Source of the DNA: an uncultured Victivallales bacterium
GTDB taxonomy: Bacteria > Verrucomicrobiota > Lentisphaeria > Victivallales > UBA1829
Direction: 5' to 3'
DNA length: 38,087 nt
Assembly (NCBI GenBank): GCA_964483055.1
Contig: CAZAAM010000001.1
Coordinates: 1-38,087, forward strand
The notes beneath the pieces are model-generated. The model was not told the DNA's origin, did not search any database, and saw nothing but the letters and a program-made list of their open reading frames with translations. Made by a program: the position numbers and the translations under genes. Below, one piece after another: positions 1 through 10,177 of this stretch (position 1 is its first letter; the number at the start of each line of letters is the position of its first letter).

Positions 1-44
1 CGCGCCTTATATTTTCGGTTGAATCCAAAGGGGGGGATTTGACT

Positions 45-1445
45 ATGCGTGGCAAGGCTATGGGCGTCTTCGCGCTGTCCATGATCAACGTGGCGGCGGT
101 TCTTTCGATCGTGAATTTTCCGGAAATGGCCGACTTCGGCTGTCAGATCGTCTTCTATATCGGTGCGGGAGCGTTGTTCTTCTTCGTTCCGGTCGCGCTT
201 GTTTCGGCGGAGCTGGCGTCCGCTTTTCCGGAAGACGGCGGCATGTATCTCTGGATCAAGGAGGCGTTCGGACCGAAATGGGGAGCGGCCGCCGTTCTAA
301 TGCAATGGATGAACGCCCTGCCGTGGTTTGCGACCGTACTCGTCTTCATCGCGACGGCGAGCGCCTACGTCTGGAAGCCGGCTCTTGCGGAAAGCCGCCT
401 GTATGTCTATGCGGTCATCGTCGCTTCGATGTGGTTCTGCACCTTCGCAACCTTCCGCGGGATTCGCGCATATGCTTTTCTAAGCGCGTTCGGGGCGATC
501 GCCGGAACCCTTCTGCCCGCGTTCTTCATCATTCTGCTCGCCGGAGTTCATCTTTGGAACGCAAAGCCGGAAATCTCGGTTTCACCCGGCGCATTCCTTC
601 CGGATCTGCGGCGCCCGAGCGATTGGATGCTGCTGGCCGGCATGATGGTCTCCATTGCCGGCATCGACATGCCTGCCGTTCATGTGAGGGATGTTTCAAA
701 TCCCCGAAAGAACTATCCGCCCGCGATTCTGATTTCCTCCGTTCTGATTCTGGGGACGAGCATTCTCGGATCTCTTTCCATCGCGCTGATCGTAAATCCG
801 ACTGAATTGAGCATGGCGTCCGGAACAATGGAGGCTTTCCACATTCTTCTGAAGCAGGAGCGTCTGGGCTTTCTGATCGCGCCAACGGCTTTTCTTCTCA
901 TCGTCGGAGCTCTCGCCACGACGCTCGCATGGACGCTTGGACCGTCAAAAGGTCTGCTCAAGGCGACTCAGGAAGGGCTCGCCCCAGCCTGGTTGGGCGC
1001 GACAAACCGTTTCGGAGTTCCGACGCGAATTTTGATCATCCAGGCGATCGTGCCGAGCATTGTCGCGCTTCTGGTGTTCGTCATGCCGACGATCGGCAAC
1101 GCATTCTGGGTCATGATGGCGCTTTCCTCTCAGTTGTACATGATGATGTACCTGCTCATGTTCGCGGCGGCAATCTTTCTGCGCAGAAGCCGACCGAATC
1201 AGGAACGCCCTTTCCGCGTTCCGGGCGGGAATGCCGGCATGTTCGTCGTCGCCGGATCCGGATTCCTGACTTCGCTCGCCGCAATGATCTGCGGACTGAT
1301 TCCGCCGGAGTCGATTCGCGCGAAGGGCGCGGTCGTCGGAATTTCATATTCTCTCGGTCTGATCGCGGGAACGCAGCTTGCGCTATGGGGCGCCCTTTTT
1401 GCCCTCCGCAACCGAAAAAAACCGAAAAAAAGAGCGGAAGACTGA
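45..1445 (+). CDS. APC-superfamily amino-acid permease/antiporter (YjeM/GadC-like)
   Basis: Track ORF 39..1445 opens on TTG. The ATG at 45 follows a G-rich SD-like run (30-36). The product is almost entirely hydrophobic helices and carries the APC-style segment AELASAFPEDGGMYLWIKEAFG. Confidence 0.85.
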   Translation: MRGKAMGVFALSMINVAAVLSIVNFPEMADFGCQIVFYIGAGALFFFVPVALVSAELASAFPEDGGMYLWIKEAFGPKWGAAAVLMQWMNALPWFATVLVFIATASAYVWKPALAESRLYVYAVIVASMWFCTFATFRGIRAYAFLSAFGAIAGTLLPAFFIILLAGVHLWNAKPEISVSPGAFLPDLRRPSDWMLLAGMMVSIAGIDMPAVHVRDVSNPRKNYPPAILISSVLILGTSILGSLSIALIVNPTELSMASGTMEAFHILLKQERLGFLIAPTAFLLIVGALATTLAWTLGPSKGLLKATQEGLAPAWLGATNRFGVPTRILIIQAIVPSIVALLVFVMPTIGNAFWVMMALSSQLYMMMYLLMFAAAIFLRRSRPNQERPFRVPGGNAGMFVVAGSGFLTSLAAMICGLIPPESIRAKGAVVGISYSLGLIAGTQLALWGALFALRNRKKPKKRAED

Positions 1446-1458
1446 GCCGAAAAGGCGT

Positions 1459-1487
1459 TTGACAAACCAATGGAACGCATGTAAAGT
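1459..1487 (+). promoter_or_regulatory. Candidate sigma-70 promoter, TTGACA-17 nt-TAAAGT
   Basis: TTGACA at 1459-1464 and TAAAGT at 1482-1487, read directly. It lies about 65 nt upstream of the ketosynthase ORF. Confidence 0.4.
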
Positions 1488-1553
1488 AAAGCGTTATCCG
1501 CGTTCTACTCAACGCGCGAACGCTGGATCGACCATGCAGAATTTGCGATCATA

Positions 1554-2804
1554 ATGAAAAGGCTTTTCATGAAACGAAATGCAGTCATCACCGGACGCGG
1601 CCTCGTTACTCCGCTTGGATTCGGATTGCAGGCCAATCTCAACGCACTCAAGTCAGGCAAGAGCGGAATTTCCCATAGGAAGCAATGGGAGGAATATGGC
1701 ATGGACTCCCAAGTGGCAGGCGCTGTCGACTATGACTTCGACTGCCCCGTGTTCGACCGGAAAAAGCTCCGTTTCATGCCGAAAAATGCGAAAATGGCGG
1801 TCGCCGCCGCTTACGAGGCGATCGTCGAGGCGGGCTATTCGCCGGAAACGCTTCCCGGCGAACGCATGGCGATCGTGAACGGATGCGCCGGAAGCTGCTA
1901 TGCCGAAGTTTACAACGGCGCGGCGGTCTATGAAGCGACGCGCAATCTGCGAAAGGTGTCCGCCTTCTGCGTTCCGCGCATCATGCCGAGCTCCGCAGTC
2001 GCGAACATGTCGCTCATCTTCGGCATCAGGGGCGAAAGCTATGACATCTCCTGCGCCTGCACAAGCGGCACGATCGCGATCATCACCGGCGCACGACTGA
2101 TTCTTTCCGGAGAATACGACATCGTCCTCGTCGGCGGCTCAGAGGAAATCTCCTGGCAACAGGCTCTCGGTTTCACCGCCATGCGCGCGCTGTCGCATTC
2201 CTACAACAACGCGCCGGAAATGGCCAGTCGTCCGTTCGACGCGAATCGCGACGGCTTCGTCATCGCGGAAGCGGCCGGCATGCTGATTCTGGAAAGCGAG
2301 GAGCATGCGCTCGCCCGCGGCGCGAAAAGTCGCGGACGCATTTCCGGATTCGCATCTAACAGCAACGCCACGGACATGGTTGCGCCGGACGTGGAAGCCA
2401 GCACGAACGTCATGGCGGCGGCGCTCCGAAATGCCGGACTTGCGCCTGCCGACATTCAGTACATCAACACCCACGGAACCAGCACCAAGCTCGGCGATCC
2501 GGTGGAAATGGACGCCATAAAGCGCCTGTTCCATGAAAACGGCGCGCGCCCGGCGATCAACAGCACCAAGTCGCAGACCGGACACACGATCGGAGCCGCA
2601 GGCGCAATCGAAGCGATTTTCACGTCGCTCATGCTGGAGCATTCCTTCGTCAGCGCATCCTGCAATCTGGAGAATCCGGACGAAGAATTCGCATGGGCCG
2701 ACCTTGTCCGCGCCACGCGGGAAGGCGTCGAACTCCGACATGCCATCAGCAACAGCTTCGGCTTCGGCGGTTCGAACGCAAGCATCGTCATCTCCAAGTC
2801 ATGA
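1554..2804 (+). CDS. Beta-ketoacyl-ACP synthase I/II family (FabF/FabB-like)
   Basis: The N-terminus KRNAVITGRGLVTPLG is typical of KAS II. The Cys-His-His triad context is visible: ISCACTSGT, NTHGTSTKLGD, KSQTGHTIGAAGAIE. The C-terminus is NSFGFGGSNASIV. The start could instead be the second ATG at 1569. Confidence 0.85.
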   Translation: MKRLFMKRNAVITGRGLVTPLGFGLQANLNALKSGKSGISHRKQWEEYGMDSQVAGAVDYDFDCPVFDRKKLRFMPKNAKMAVAAAYEAIVEAGYSPETLPGERMAIVNGCAGSCYAEVYNGAAVYEATRNLRKVSAFCVPRIMPSSAVANMSLIFGIRGESYDISCACTSGTIAIITGARLILSGEYDIVLVGGSEEISWQQALGFTAMRALSHSYNNAPEMASRPFDANRDGFVIAEAAGMLILESEEHALARGAKSRGRISGFASNSNATDMVAPDVEASTNVMAAALRNAGLAPADIQYINTHGTSTKLGDPVEMDAIKRLFHENGARPAINSTKSQTGHTIGAAGAIEAIFTSLMLEHSFVSASCNLENPDEEFAWADLVRATREGVELRHAISNSFGFGGSNASIVISKS

Positions 2805-3808
2805 TGCGACTCTATCCGCCCGGCGCGCCGATCATGGCGCCGATCGCCGGACATACGGACGTTCCATTTCGACGCATGATTCGCAGGTGCGGCTGCCGCT
2901 ATGCGTTCACGGAAATGATCGATGCCGGATCGCTCGTCTTCTCCGCCCAAAAGACGCGGCGTCTCGCCCAACGCGCCGACGACGAATCCTTCCTTGGCGT
3001 TCAGCTGGTCGGCTCTGATCCTGATACCCTTGCCAAGGCGGCGCGCATCGTCAATGAAATGCGCTTCGATGTTCTTGACTTCAACCTCGGCTGTCCCGCG
3101 CCGAAGGTCGCAAGGAAATGCGAAGGAATTTCGCTTGCCCTGAAGAAGCCCGACGATGCAATCCGCGCTCTGGAAGTCCTTGTCAAGAACTCCTGCATTC
3201 CTGTCACGGCGAAGACGCGCATCCAAAGCGACGTCGATCCGACTCCGACCGTCGCGTTCTGCCGCCGCCTTCAGGACGCCGGCGCCGTTTCAATCACGCT
3301 TCACGGACGCGTCATGAAAGCGTTCTATTCCGGTCCGGTCTTTCATGAGGCGATCGCCGCAGTCCGCGAGGCTCTGACGATTCCGGTCGTCGCAAACGGC
3401 GGCGCCCTGACGCCCGAAGCGTATCGCGAACTTCTGGAACGGACGGGGTGCGAAAACGCCATGATCGCACGGGGCGCGCTGGGAAATCCATGGATCTTCC
3501 GCGAGGCGGTCGATCCGACCGCAAAGCCTCCGAGCGTTTCCGAGTTCGTTGAAACGATCCGCTCCTACATGGGCGACGTCCTCTCCTTCTACGGAGACTA
3601 CGGATACGTCGTCGCACGGAAATCCATCCTCGCCTTTTTGCGCGGGCGCGGCTTCTCCGGCGCTCTCCGCGCATCCGTCTCCTCTCTTTCCGACGCAGCA
3701 TCCTTCGAAGATCTGATGCGACGCATCGCCGAGGGACCTTCCGCCCGCTATTGGGAGCAGATTGCGCAACATCCGGAATCCTGCGAACGCAGGCTCTCGC
3801 CGGGCTGA
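2801..3808 (+). CDS. tRNA-dihydrouridine synthase family flavoenzyme (Dus)
   Basis: Track ORF 2693..3808 carries an out-of-context leader. The ATG at 2801 overlaps the ketosynthase stop (ATGA). Dus motifs present: MAPIAGHTDVPFRRM, DFNLGCPAPKV (catalytic Cys), IPVTAKTR, ITLHGR, MIARGALGNPWIF. Confidence 0.85.
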   Translation: MMRLYPPGAPIMAPIAGHTDVPFRRMIRRCGCRYAFTEMIDAGSLVFSAQKTRRLAQRADDESFLGVQLVGSDPDTLAKAARIVNEMRFDVLDFNLGCPAPKVARKCEGISLALKKPDDAIRALEVLVKNSCIPVTAKTRIQSDVDPTPTVAFCRRLQDAGAVSITLHGRVMKAFYSGPVFHEAIAAVREALTIPVVANGGALTPEAYRELLERTGCENAMIARGALGNPWIFREAVDPTAKPPSVSEFVETIRSYMGDVLSFYGDYGYVVARKSILAFLRGRGFSGALRASVSSLSDAASFEDLMRRIAEGPSARYWEQIAQHPESCERRLSPG

Positions 3809-3890
3809 CGCCGCGTTCTCTCCTTGCGCTCGACAACGTTCGCGAAAAAAACGGAGAAGATCCCATTTTTTTCTCATGTACGCATATTCG

Positions 3891-3927
3891 CAATACGGCG
3901 ATGCAATACGGCGATGCAATGCGGATG
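3891..3927. repeat. Tandem 13-mer CAATACGGCGATG x2 plus a degenerate third copy (CAATGCGGATG)
   Basis: Read directly: 3891-3903 and 3904-3916 are identical, and 3917-3927 is a shortened copy. It lies in the 277-bp dus-arnB spacer, about 100 nt upstream of the arn promoter candidate. Confidence 0.85.
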
Positions 3928-4017
3928 TCGCCACGCGCATGGTCTTAATTCACAACGCTTCGCATCGTTTCTCTCTTGCCAAAATCTTGTACGGAGAAAA
4001 AAAATCGCCGGATGCCA

Positions 4018-4046
4018 TTGAAAAAAAATGCGCGAAGCTGTATAGT
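4018..4046 (+). promoter_or_regulatory. Candidate sigma-70 promoter of the arn operon, TTGAAA-17 nt-TATAGT
   Basis: TTGAAA at 4018-4023 and TATAGT at 4041-4046, about 40 nt upstream of the arnB ATG. Confidence 0.4.
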
Positions 4047-4085
4047 AGTCTACGGTTTTCATGCGAAAGAAAGGTCACTTATCTT

Positions 4086-5243
4086 ATGCGCTCTACATTC
4101 CTTCCCTTCTCCAAGCCCTCGCTTTTGGAATGGGAAATCAAAGCGGTTGAAGATGTTCTGCGATCCGGATGGATTACGACCGGACCGAAGAACGCGGAAT
4201 TCGAGCAGAAGTTTTGCGAATACGTCGGCGCGGCGCATGCCGTTCCGATGACCTCCGAAACTGCGGTGATGTTCGCCCTGCTTCGCGCCATCGGACTTAA
4301 GCCCGGAGATGAAGTCGTATCCCCTTCCATGACATGGGTCTCCCTGCCGAATGCGGTCAGTCTGTTCGGCGCGCGCATATCCTTTGCGGACTGCGACCGC
4401 GACACGCTCATGTCCACGCCGGAAATGCTGGAGGCGGCCGTCACGCCGCGCACGAAACTGATCGTGCCCGTCCATTTTGCAGGAAGCGTCGTCGAACTTG
4501 ATCGAATCCGCGATTTTGCGGCACGACGCGACATCATGCTCGTCGAGGATGCGGCGCATGCGCTTGGAGCGGAATTCAAGGGCGAACGCATTGGCAAGCA
4601 TGGCACTTGCATGTTCTCCTTTCATCCGATCAAGAACATCACCACAGGCGAAGGCGGCATGTTCACGACTCCGGACAAGGCGCTCGCGGAACGCGTCCGC
4701 AGTCTTAAGTTTCACGGGCTTGGAGTGGACGCCTACGACCGTCAGACGAACAACCGTGCGCCGCAGGCTCAGGTTATCGAACCTGGATATAAGTTCAACA
4801 TGCCGGACATGCAGGCAGTCCTCGGCATCACCCAGCTTTCTCGCGTGGAGGAAATGAATCGTCGCCGCGCGGAAATTTGCGCCCTTTATATGGAAAAGCT
4901 TGCATCCGTGCCGGAACTCATGCCGCTCGCCGAGCCTAACTACGAACACAAGCACTGCCATCACCTCATGATCGTGCGTCTCGACATCGAGAAGGCAGGC
5001 ATCGGACGCGACGAATTCATGGAAGCCTTGAAAAAGGAGAACATCGGAACGGGACTGCATTTCCGCTGCGTCCACAAGCAAAAGTACTACCGCGAAACCT
5101 ACGACATTCCCGACGGCGCGCTGCCGAACACGGAATGGAATTCGGATCGCATCTTCTCCCTGCCTCTGTTCCCGGAAATGACGGAGGACGATGTTGACGA
5201 CGCGATCGGCGCGTGCAAGAAAATTTTGAACGAACGTCATTGA
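4086..5243 (+). CDS. arnB: UDP-4-amino-4-deoxy-L-arabinose--oxoglutarate aminotransferase (DegT/DnrJ/EryC1 family)
   Basis: Track ORF 3762..5243; the ATG at 4086 starts the homologous part MRSTFLPFSKPSLLEWEIKAVEDVLRSGWITTGPKNAEFEQKF. The PLP-Lys context is FSFHPIKNITTGEGGM. It lies in an arn gene context. Confidence 0.9.
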   Translation: MRSTFLPFSKPSLLEWEIKAVEDVLRSGWITTGPKNAEFEQKFCEYVGAAHAVPMTSETAVMFALLRAIGLKPGDEVVSPSMTWVSLPNAVSLFGARISFADCDRDTLMSTPEMLEAAVTPRTKLIVPVHFAGSVVELDRIRDFAARRDIMLVEDAAHALGAEFKGERIGKHGTCMFSFHPIKNITTGEGGMFTTPDKALAERVRSLKFHGLGVDAYDRQTNNRAPQAQVIEPGYKFNMPDMQAVLGITQLSRVEEMNRRRAEICALYMEKLASVPELMPLAEPNYEHKHCHHLMIVRLDIEKAGIGRDEFMEALKKENIGTGLHFRCVHKQKYYRETYDIPDGALPNTEWNSDRIFSLPLFPEMTEDDVDDAIGACKKILNERH

Positions 5244-5258
5244 GGTTTTTTCCGCGTC

Positions 5259-7175
5259 ATGTCTGACTTCACCATACTCCGCTTTCAGGAATGCAGCGAA
5301 AACCTTCTTTCTCAGCTTGCCAAGTCGAAGCGGTGGATTTTTTTCTGGGTTTTCGCGTTCCTGCTCGTCTTCTTCAATCTCGGTCTTGACTCCATTGTCG
5401 GTTCGGAGGGACGCTGGTTCGCCGTCGTCCGCGAAATGCTTCTTTCCGGCGACTGGCTTCATCCGACCATCAACGGACAGCCCTACTTCGACAAGCCGCT
5501 CGTCAGCTACTGGTTCATGGCGTTTCTGTCGAAATCGGTCAATCAAGGCGTTCTGAACGAATTCCTTGCCCGAGCTCCGAGCGCGATCTTCGCCCTTCTT
5601 GCTATGGTCGCGCTGATCCGCCTCGCGCGACGTCTTTACGGCGAATCCGCCGCATGGCTCGCCGCATGGATCTTTCTGACGATCCATTCCTTCGCCTACT
5701 GGGGACGTCGGGCGGAAGCCGATATGGAAAGCCTCGCATTCATTCTGATCGCCGTGCTGTGGTACGTTTCGTCGAGGAAAGCGAAGTCCTTCTTCCGCTA
5801 CTTCCTTTTTTGGTTCGTCTGCGCGATCGGCGCGCAAACCAAAGGGCTTCCCTGCTTCGTCATTCCAGTCGGAGTCGTCCTTGTCGACATCGCCATGCGC
5901 AACGATTGGCTCAAGCATCTGAACTGGAAGTTCCTGCTGGCCTTCCTCTGCGGCATGGCGTGCTACTTCCTGCCGTTCTTAGCGGAGGGGATGACCCGGG
6001 ACGGCGATTATGGCGCGAATGGCTTGGAGCTCGTCTTCCGCGAAAATCTTGTGCGCACCTTCAATCCGTGGGATCACAATGACTCTCCCTGGTTCATGTA
6101 CTTCCCATGGACGGCGCGACTCATGCTGCCATGGACTCCTTTCTTCGTCCTTGCCTTTGCGGCTTTCCTCATGCGGGGCTGGAAGAAGGCGTCTCAAGAG
6201 GATCGCTGGCTTGTCCTTTCCATCGTATTGATCTTCGCGCTGTTCGCGATTTCCAAATCGCGGCGCGTTTATTACATTCTTCCAATCGTCCCCTTCTGCG
6301 TTCTGCTGACAGCGGCATGGCTGACGCGGGCGGATCTTCCCTTGCACAGGATTTCGGAAATTCTGTTCAGAATCGTGGATTTTGCAATTCCTGTCGCTTT
6401 GCTGCTCGTACTTCTGATCACGCCGATCTATCCGTTCGCGATCCACGACCGTATTTTCCCGGAAGGGGTTCCCCTGCCGTACTGGTATCCGCTGATGATC
6501 TACATCCTTTTCCCGGCAGTCGCATTCATATGCTTCAGTTTTTGGATCATCTCGTTCGTCCGTGAGCGGAAAGGCAAGACGGCGCTTTGCGCGTTCTCCA
6601 CGCTTCATGCATCCTTGAATCGAATCGTTCCGATTCTCGCAGTCGTCTTTCTGCTCGTTTTTGCCATCATCATTCCGACTTTCCGCAGCTCGCCGGTCTT
6701 CCAGCCGCAACCCGAATTCTTCCGCTCTGTCGGAGAATACGTCCGGACGCTGAACTTGCCGAACGGCTCTGTCGGCTTCTTCGGAAAGAACCGTTCGATC
6801 GCAAAGGCTGCATTCTATTTGGATCTTCCGGAACCGATGCGTCTTTTCGCCATGAATCGGATCGACGCCGAATCGCGCAGCTTCTATGACGACACGGTGG
6901 AAAGCGGCGGGATCGACGAGCTTCGCGACTTCATTGCGAATGCGAAGAAGGACGGAGGCGTCCTGATCGCGCAAAAGCGCACGGTCATGGAAGCTCCGGA
7001 AGACATTCAGAATGAATTTCAATCCCTTGATGTCGCAATGGAGCCGCTGGACATCATGGAGATAAAGAAAGTTCGAGAATATCAGGCGAAAGGCCGTGCG
7101 GACAAGGTCGAATCCGTCCTGAAGAAGAAAATGTTGATCCGTTATTACTTCCCGCCGAAAGGAACGAAGGAATGA
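5259..7175 (+). CDS. arnT: Undecaprenyl-phosphate-L-Ara4N:lipid A transferase, ArnT/PMT-type GT-C glycosyltransferase
   Basis: Polytopic membrane protein with the ArnT/PMT signature EGRWFAVVREMLLSGDWLHPTINGQPYFDKPLVSYWF and a downstream QTKG loop. At 638 aa it has a soluble tail longer than the roughly 550-aa enterobacterial enzyme. Confidence 0.8.
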   Translation: MSDFTILRFQECSENLLSQLAKSKRWIFFWVFAFLLVFFNLGLDSIVGSEGRWFAVVREMLLSGDWLHPTINGQPYFDKPLVSYWFMAFLSKSVNQGVLNEFLARAPSAIFALLAMVALIRLARRLYGESAAWLAAWIFLTIHSFAYWGRRAEADMESLAFILIAVLWYVSSRKAKSFFRYFLFWFVCAIGAQTKGLPCFVIPVGVVLVDIAMRNDWLKHLNWKFLLAFLCGMACYFLPFLAEGMTRDGDYGANGLELVFRENLVRTFNPWDHNDSPWFMYFPWTARLMLPWTPFFVLAFAAFLMRGWKKASQEDRWLVLSIVLIFALFAISKSRRVYYILPIVPFCVLLTAAWLTRADLPLHRISEILFRIVDFAIPVALLLVLLITPIYPFAIHDRIFPEGVPLPYWYPLMIYILFPAVAFICFSFWIISFVRERKGKTALCAFSTLHASLNRIVPILAVVFLLVFAIIIPTFRSSPVFQPQPEFFRSVGEYVRTLNLPNGSVGFFGKNRSIAKAAFYLDLPEPMRLFAMNRIDAESRSFYDDTVESGGIDELRDFIANAKKDGGVLIAQKRTVMEAPEDIQNEFQSLDVAMEPLDIMEIKKVREYQAKGRADKVESVLKKKMLIRYYFPPKGTKE

Positions 7176-8176
7176 ATCGCCCTATCGAACTCTCGCTGGT
7201 CATCCCGGTCTACAATGAAGAGGCGAATCTGCCTGAACTGATCCGCAGAACGACTGCCGTCTGCGACGGACTCGACGCAACCAGCGAAATCATTCTCGTC
7301 GACGACGGAAGTCGCGACGATTCCATGCGCATGATCATCGAAGCAAGTCGGACGAATCCTAGAATCGTCGGAGTGATTCTCTCCGCGAACTTCGGGCAGC
7401 ACGCCGCTGTCACCGCCGGATTGAAGACCTCGCGCGGACGCTACGTCGTTACGCTTGACGCCGACCTGCAGAATCCGCCGGAGGAGATTCCGAAGCTGCT
7501 CGCCAAGCTCCGCGAGGGCTACGACGTCGTCGGCACGATCCGAGAAAACCGGAAAGACACGATCTTCCGCAAGCTTGCGTCCAAAATGGTCAACCTCATG
7601 GTACGCAAGCTCTGCAATGGGCGAACGATGACCGACTACGGATGCATGCTCCGCGGCTACAGCCGTTCCGTCGTCGACGCCGTCCTGCTCTGCCCGGAAA
7701 ACGGCAAGTTCATTCCGATGCTCGCAATGAACTACGCGCGCAAAGTCACGGAAATCGAAGTGAAGCATGCGGAACGCATGGCGGGCGAATCCAAGTATAC
7801 GGTCCTCAAGCTGATTGCGCTCCAGTACGACCTTCTGACCGGAACGAGCACATTCCCGCTCCGTCTTCTGACGTTCTTCGGCTTTCTCGTCGCGCTTTTC
7901 GGATTCGTCTTCGGAGTCATCGTCTTCATCGTCTCGCAACTCGACAAGGACTGGGGCGAAAACGGCATCTTCGCTCTTTTCTCCATCGCCTTCATTCTTC
8001 TCGGCGGACAGTTCGCCGGCATGGGACTTCTGGGCGAATACATCGGAAAGATCCATCTCAACGCCCGAGCGCGACCGCAGTTCTTCATCGAATCCGTCCA
8101 TCGGAACGGCGATGCCGCTCCCGACATAAACGAAGCAAGCAATGTCAGCGACAATACGAATCAAACAACCAAATAG
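7172..8176 (+). CDS. arnC: Undecaprenyl-phosphate 4-deoxy-4-formamido-L-arabinose transferase (GT2)
   Basis: ATGA overlap with arnT. GT2 motifs LSLVIPVYNEE, ILVDDGSRDDS, VTLDADLQNPPEEI, plus two C-terminal TM helices as in ArnC. Confidence 0.9.
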   Translation: MNRPIELSLVIPVYNEEANLPELIRRTTAVCDGLDATSEIILVDDGSRDDSMRMIIEASRTNPRIVGVILSANFGQHAAVTAGLKTSRGRYVVTLDADLQNPPEEIPKLLAKLREGYDVVGTIRENRKDTIFRKLASKMVNLMVRKLCNGRTMTDYGCMLRGYSRSVVDAVLLCPENGKFIPMLAMNYARKVTEIEVKHAERMAGESKYTVLKLIALQYDLLTGTSTFPLRLLTFFGFLVALFGFVFGVIVFIVSQLDKDWGENGIFALFSIAFILLGGQFAGMGLLGEYIGKIHLNARARPQFFIESVHRNGDAAPDINEASNVSDNTNQTTK

Positions 8177-8188
8177 TGAGAAGGGCTT

Positions 8189-10177
8189 ATGAAAGCAATC
8201 GTCTTCGCTTACCACAACATCGGATGCGTCGGAATCGAACGCCTCATCGAAGCAGGCTTCCAAATCGAAGCCGTATTCACGCATGCCGACGACCCCAATG
8301 AAAACGTCTGGTTCCGCTCTGTCGCGGAAACCGCTTCCAAATACGCAATTCCGGTCTTCGCGCCGGAAAACGTCAATCATCCGCTGTGGGTCGAACGCAT
8401 CCGTCGGATGGAGCCGGACGTCTTCTTCTCTTTCTACTATCGCGGCATGCTCAAGCAGGAGCTGCTCGACATCCCGAAAAAAGGCGCGTTCAACCTGCAT
8501 GGCTCACTGCTTCCGAAATACCGCGGACGCTGCCCGATCAATTGGGCCGTCGTCAACGGCGAAACGGAAACCGGCGTAACCCTGCACAAAATGGTCGTTA
8601 AGGCTGATGCAGGAGATATCGTCGCGCAGGAGAAATTCCCCATCGACGACAACGACACGGCGCTCGACGTGCATAAGAAAGCCGCTGCTGCTGCAGACGC
8701 CCTGCTCGCACGAGTTCTGCCTTCAATCCTCGATGGAACTTGGACCGCTGCGCCGCAGAACGAAGCGGAAGCCGCCGTTTACGGAGGCCGCAAGCCTGCG
8801 GACGGTCTTATCGACTGGAATGCGAGCGCGAAAAGCATCCGCAATCTAGTGCGCGCCGTAACCAAGCCCTACCCCGGCGCATTCAGCTTCTTCGCATCGA
8901 AAAAATACCTTTTCTGGGACGTCACAGTCGTTCCGGCGGAGAAGACTGCTCCCGCGGGTTCGATTCTTTCGCTCGATCCCCTGACGATCGCCTGCGGTCA
9001 GGATGCGCTCCGCATCAATTTCGCGCAAGCGGAGAACGGTCTCTACTGCACCGGCGCCCAGCTCGCGGCGGACGCTCGCTTCGTCGAAAAAGGTCAGTTC
9101 GTCTCCAGCGCGCGACCGCTCGGACGCCGCAAGACCAGCGTCCTCATTCTTGGCGTCAACGGATTCATCGGCAGCGCCATCAGCAACCGTCTGCTCGCCG
9201 ACGGAAACTACGAAGTCTATGGCATGGATCTGAGGAGCAACTATATCAACGACTTGCTGGACAATCCGGACTTCCATTTCTTCGAGGGCGACGTTCAAAT
9301 CAATCATGAATGGATCGAATACCATGTCCGCAAGTGCGATGTCGTTCTTCCGCTCGTCGCCATCGCCACGCCGATCGAATATACGCGCAACCCGCTCCGC
9401 GTGTTCGAACTCGACTTCGAAGAAAACCTGAAGATCGTCCGTTACTGCTTCAAGTACAACAAGCGCATCATCTTCCCCTCTACGAGCGAAGTCTATGCCA
9501 TGTGCGACGATGAAAATTTCGACGAAGACAACTCCCGCCTGATCCTCGGTCCGATCCGCATGCAGCGCTGGATCTACTCCTGCAGCAAGCAGATGCTCGA
9601 TCGCGTCATCTGGGCTTATGGCGCCAAGGGTCTCAAGTTCACGCTCTTCCGGCCATTCAACTGGATGGGGCCGAAACTTGACTCCCTCTCCTCCGCCCGC
9701 ATCGGCAGCAGCCGCGCAATCACGCAGCTGATCCTCAATCTCGTTCAAGGCAACCCGATCCTTCTCATTGACGGCGGCGAACAGAAACGATGCTTCACGC
9801 ACGTCACCGACGGCATCGAATGCCTCTTCCGGATCATCCGCAACGAAGGCGGTCGCTGCGACGGAAAGATCATCAACATCGGCAACCCGGACAACGAAGC
9901 AAGCATTCGCGAAATGGCGCGCATCCTCGTGGAAGAGTTCGACAAGCATCCGCTTCGTTCGAAGTTTCCGCCCTTCGCCGGCTTCAAGGAAGTCGAAAGC
10001 GGCTCTTTCTACGGCGAGGGATATCAGGATTGCAAACACCGCAAGCCGAGCATCCGCAACGCCGCGCGCTATTGCGATTGGAAGCCCGTCGTCCCCTTCC
10101 GCGACTCCATTCGCGAGACGCTCGATTTCTTCCTCCGCCAGGCCATCGCCTCCGGCGAATTCGGAATCGAAAAATGA
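8189..10177 (+). CDS. arnA: Bifunctional UDP-Ara4N formyltransferase / UDP-glucuronate C-4'' decarboxylase
   Basis: 662 aa. The N-terminal formyltransferase domain shows [22 protein letters not shown]. The C-terminal SDR domain shows [12 protein letters not shown] and the YSCSK catalytic context. The two-domain layout is diagnostic of ArnA. Confidence 0.95.
   Translation: MKAIVFAYHNIGCVGIERLIEAGFQIEAVFTHADDPNENVWFRSVAETASKYAIPVFAPENVNHPLWVERIRRMEPDVFFSFYYRGMLKQELLDIPKKGAFNLHGSLLPKYRGRCPINWAVVNGETETGVTLHKMVVKADAGDIVAQEKFPIDDNDTALDVHKKAAAAADALLARVLPSILDGTWTAAPQNEAEAAVYGGRKPADGLIDWNASAKSIRNLVRAVTKPYPGAFSFFASKKYLFWDVTVVPAEKTAPAGSILSLDPLTIACGQDALRINFAQAENGLYCTGAQLAADARFVEKGQFVSSARPLGRRKTSVLILGVNGFIGSAISNRLLADGNYEVYGMDLRSNYINDLLDNPDFHFFEGDVQINHEWIEYHVRKCDVVLPLVAIATPIEYTRNPLRVFELDFEENLKIVRYCFKYNKRIIFPSTSEVYAMCDDENFDEDNSRLILGPIRMQRWIYSCSKQMLDRVIWAYGAKGLKFTLFRPFNWMGPKLDSLSSARIGSSRAITQLILNLVQGNPILLIDGGEQKRCFTHVTDGIECLFRIIRNEGGRCDGKIINIGNPDNEASIREMARILVEEFDKHPLRSKFPPFAGFKEVESGSFYGEGYQDCKHRKPSIRNAARYCDWKPVVPFRDSIRETLDFFLRQAIASGEFGIEK

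Noticed and set aside
3944-3960. CTTAAT hexamer upstream of arnB, considered as a PmrA-box half-site.
   Set aside because: The position 11 bp downstream reads ACGCTT, so there is no second CTTAAT-like half-site.
3762-4085. N-terminal extensions in track ORFs: arnB from 3762, arnD from 9790, TrxR-like from 20683, GT2 to 24977, FAD oxidoreductase to 31598, Dus from 2693.
   Set aside because: The extensions are Arg-rich, overlap the preceding gene or intergenic DNA, and lack homology text. Internal ATGs with an SD or an ATGA overlap begin exactly where the family-typical sequence starts.
4059-5918. 619-aa minus-strand ORF opposite arnB/arnT. Similar long ORFs are 5979..7022-, 7145..8500- and 8846..10039-.
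   Set aside because: These are codon-aligned antisense shadows of recognisable genes. Their products are Arg/Gly/Val/Asp-rich with no family text, and the opposite strand encodes clear Arn enzymes.
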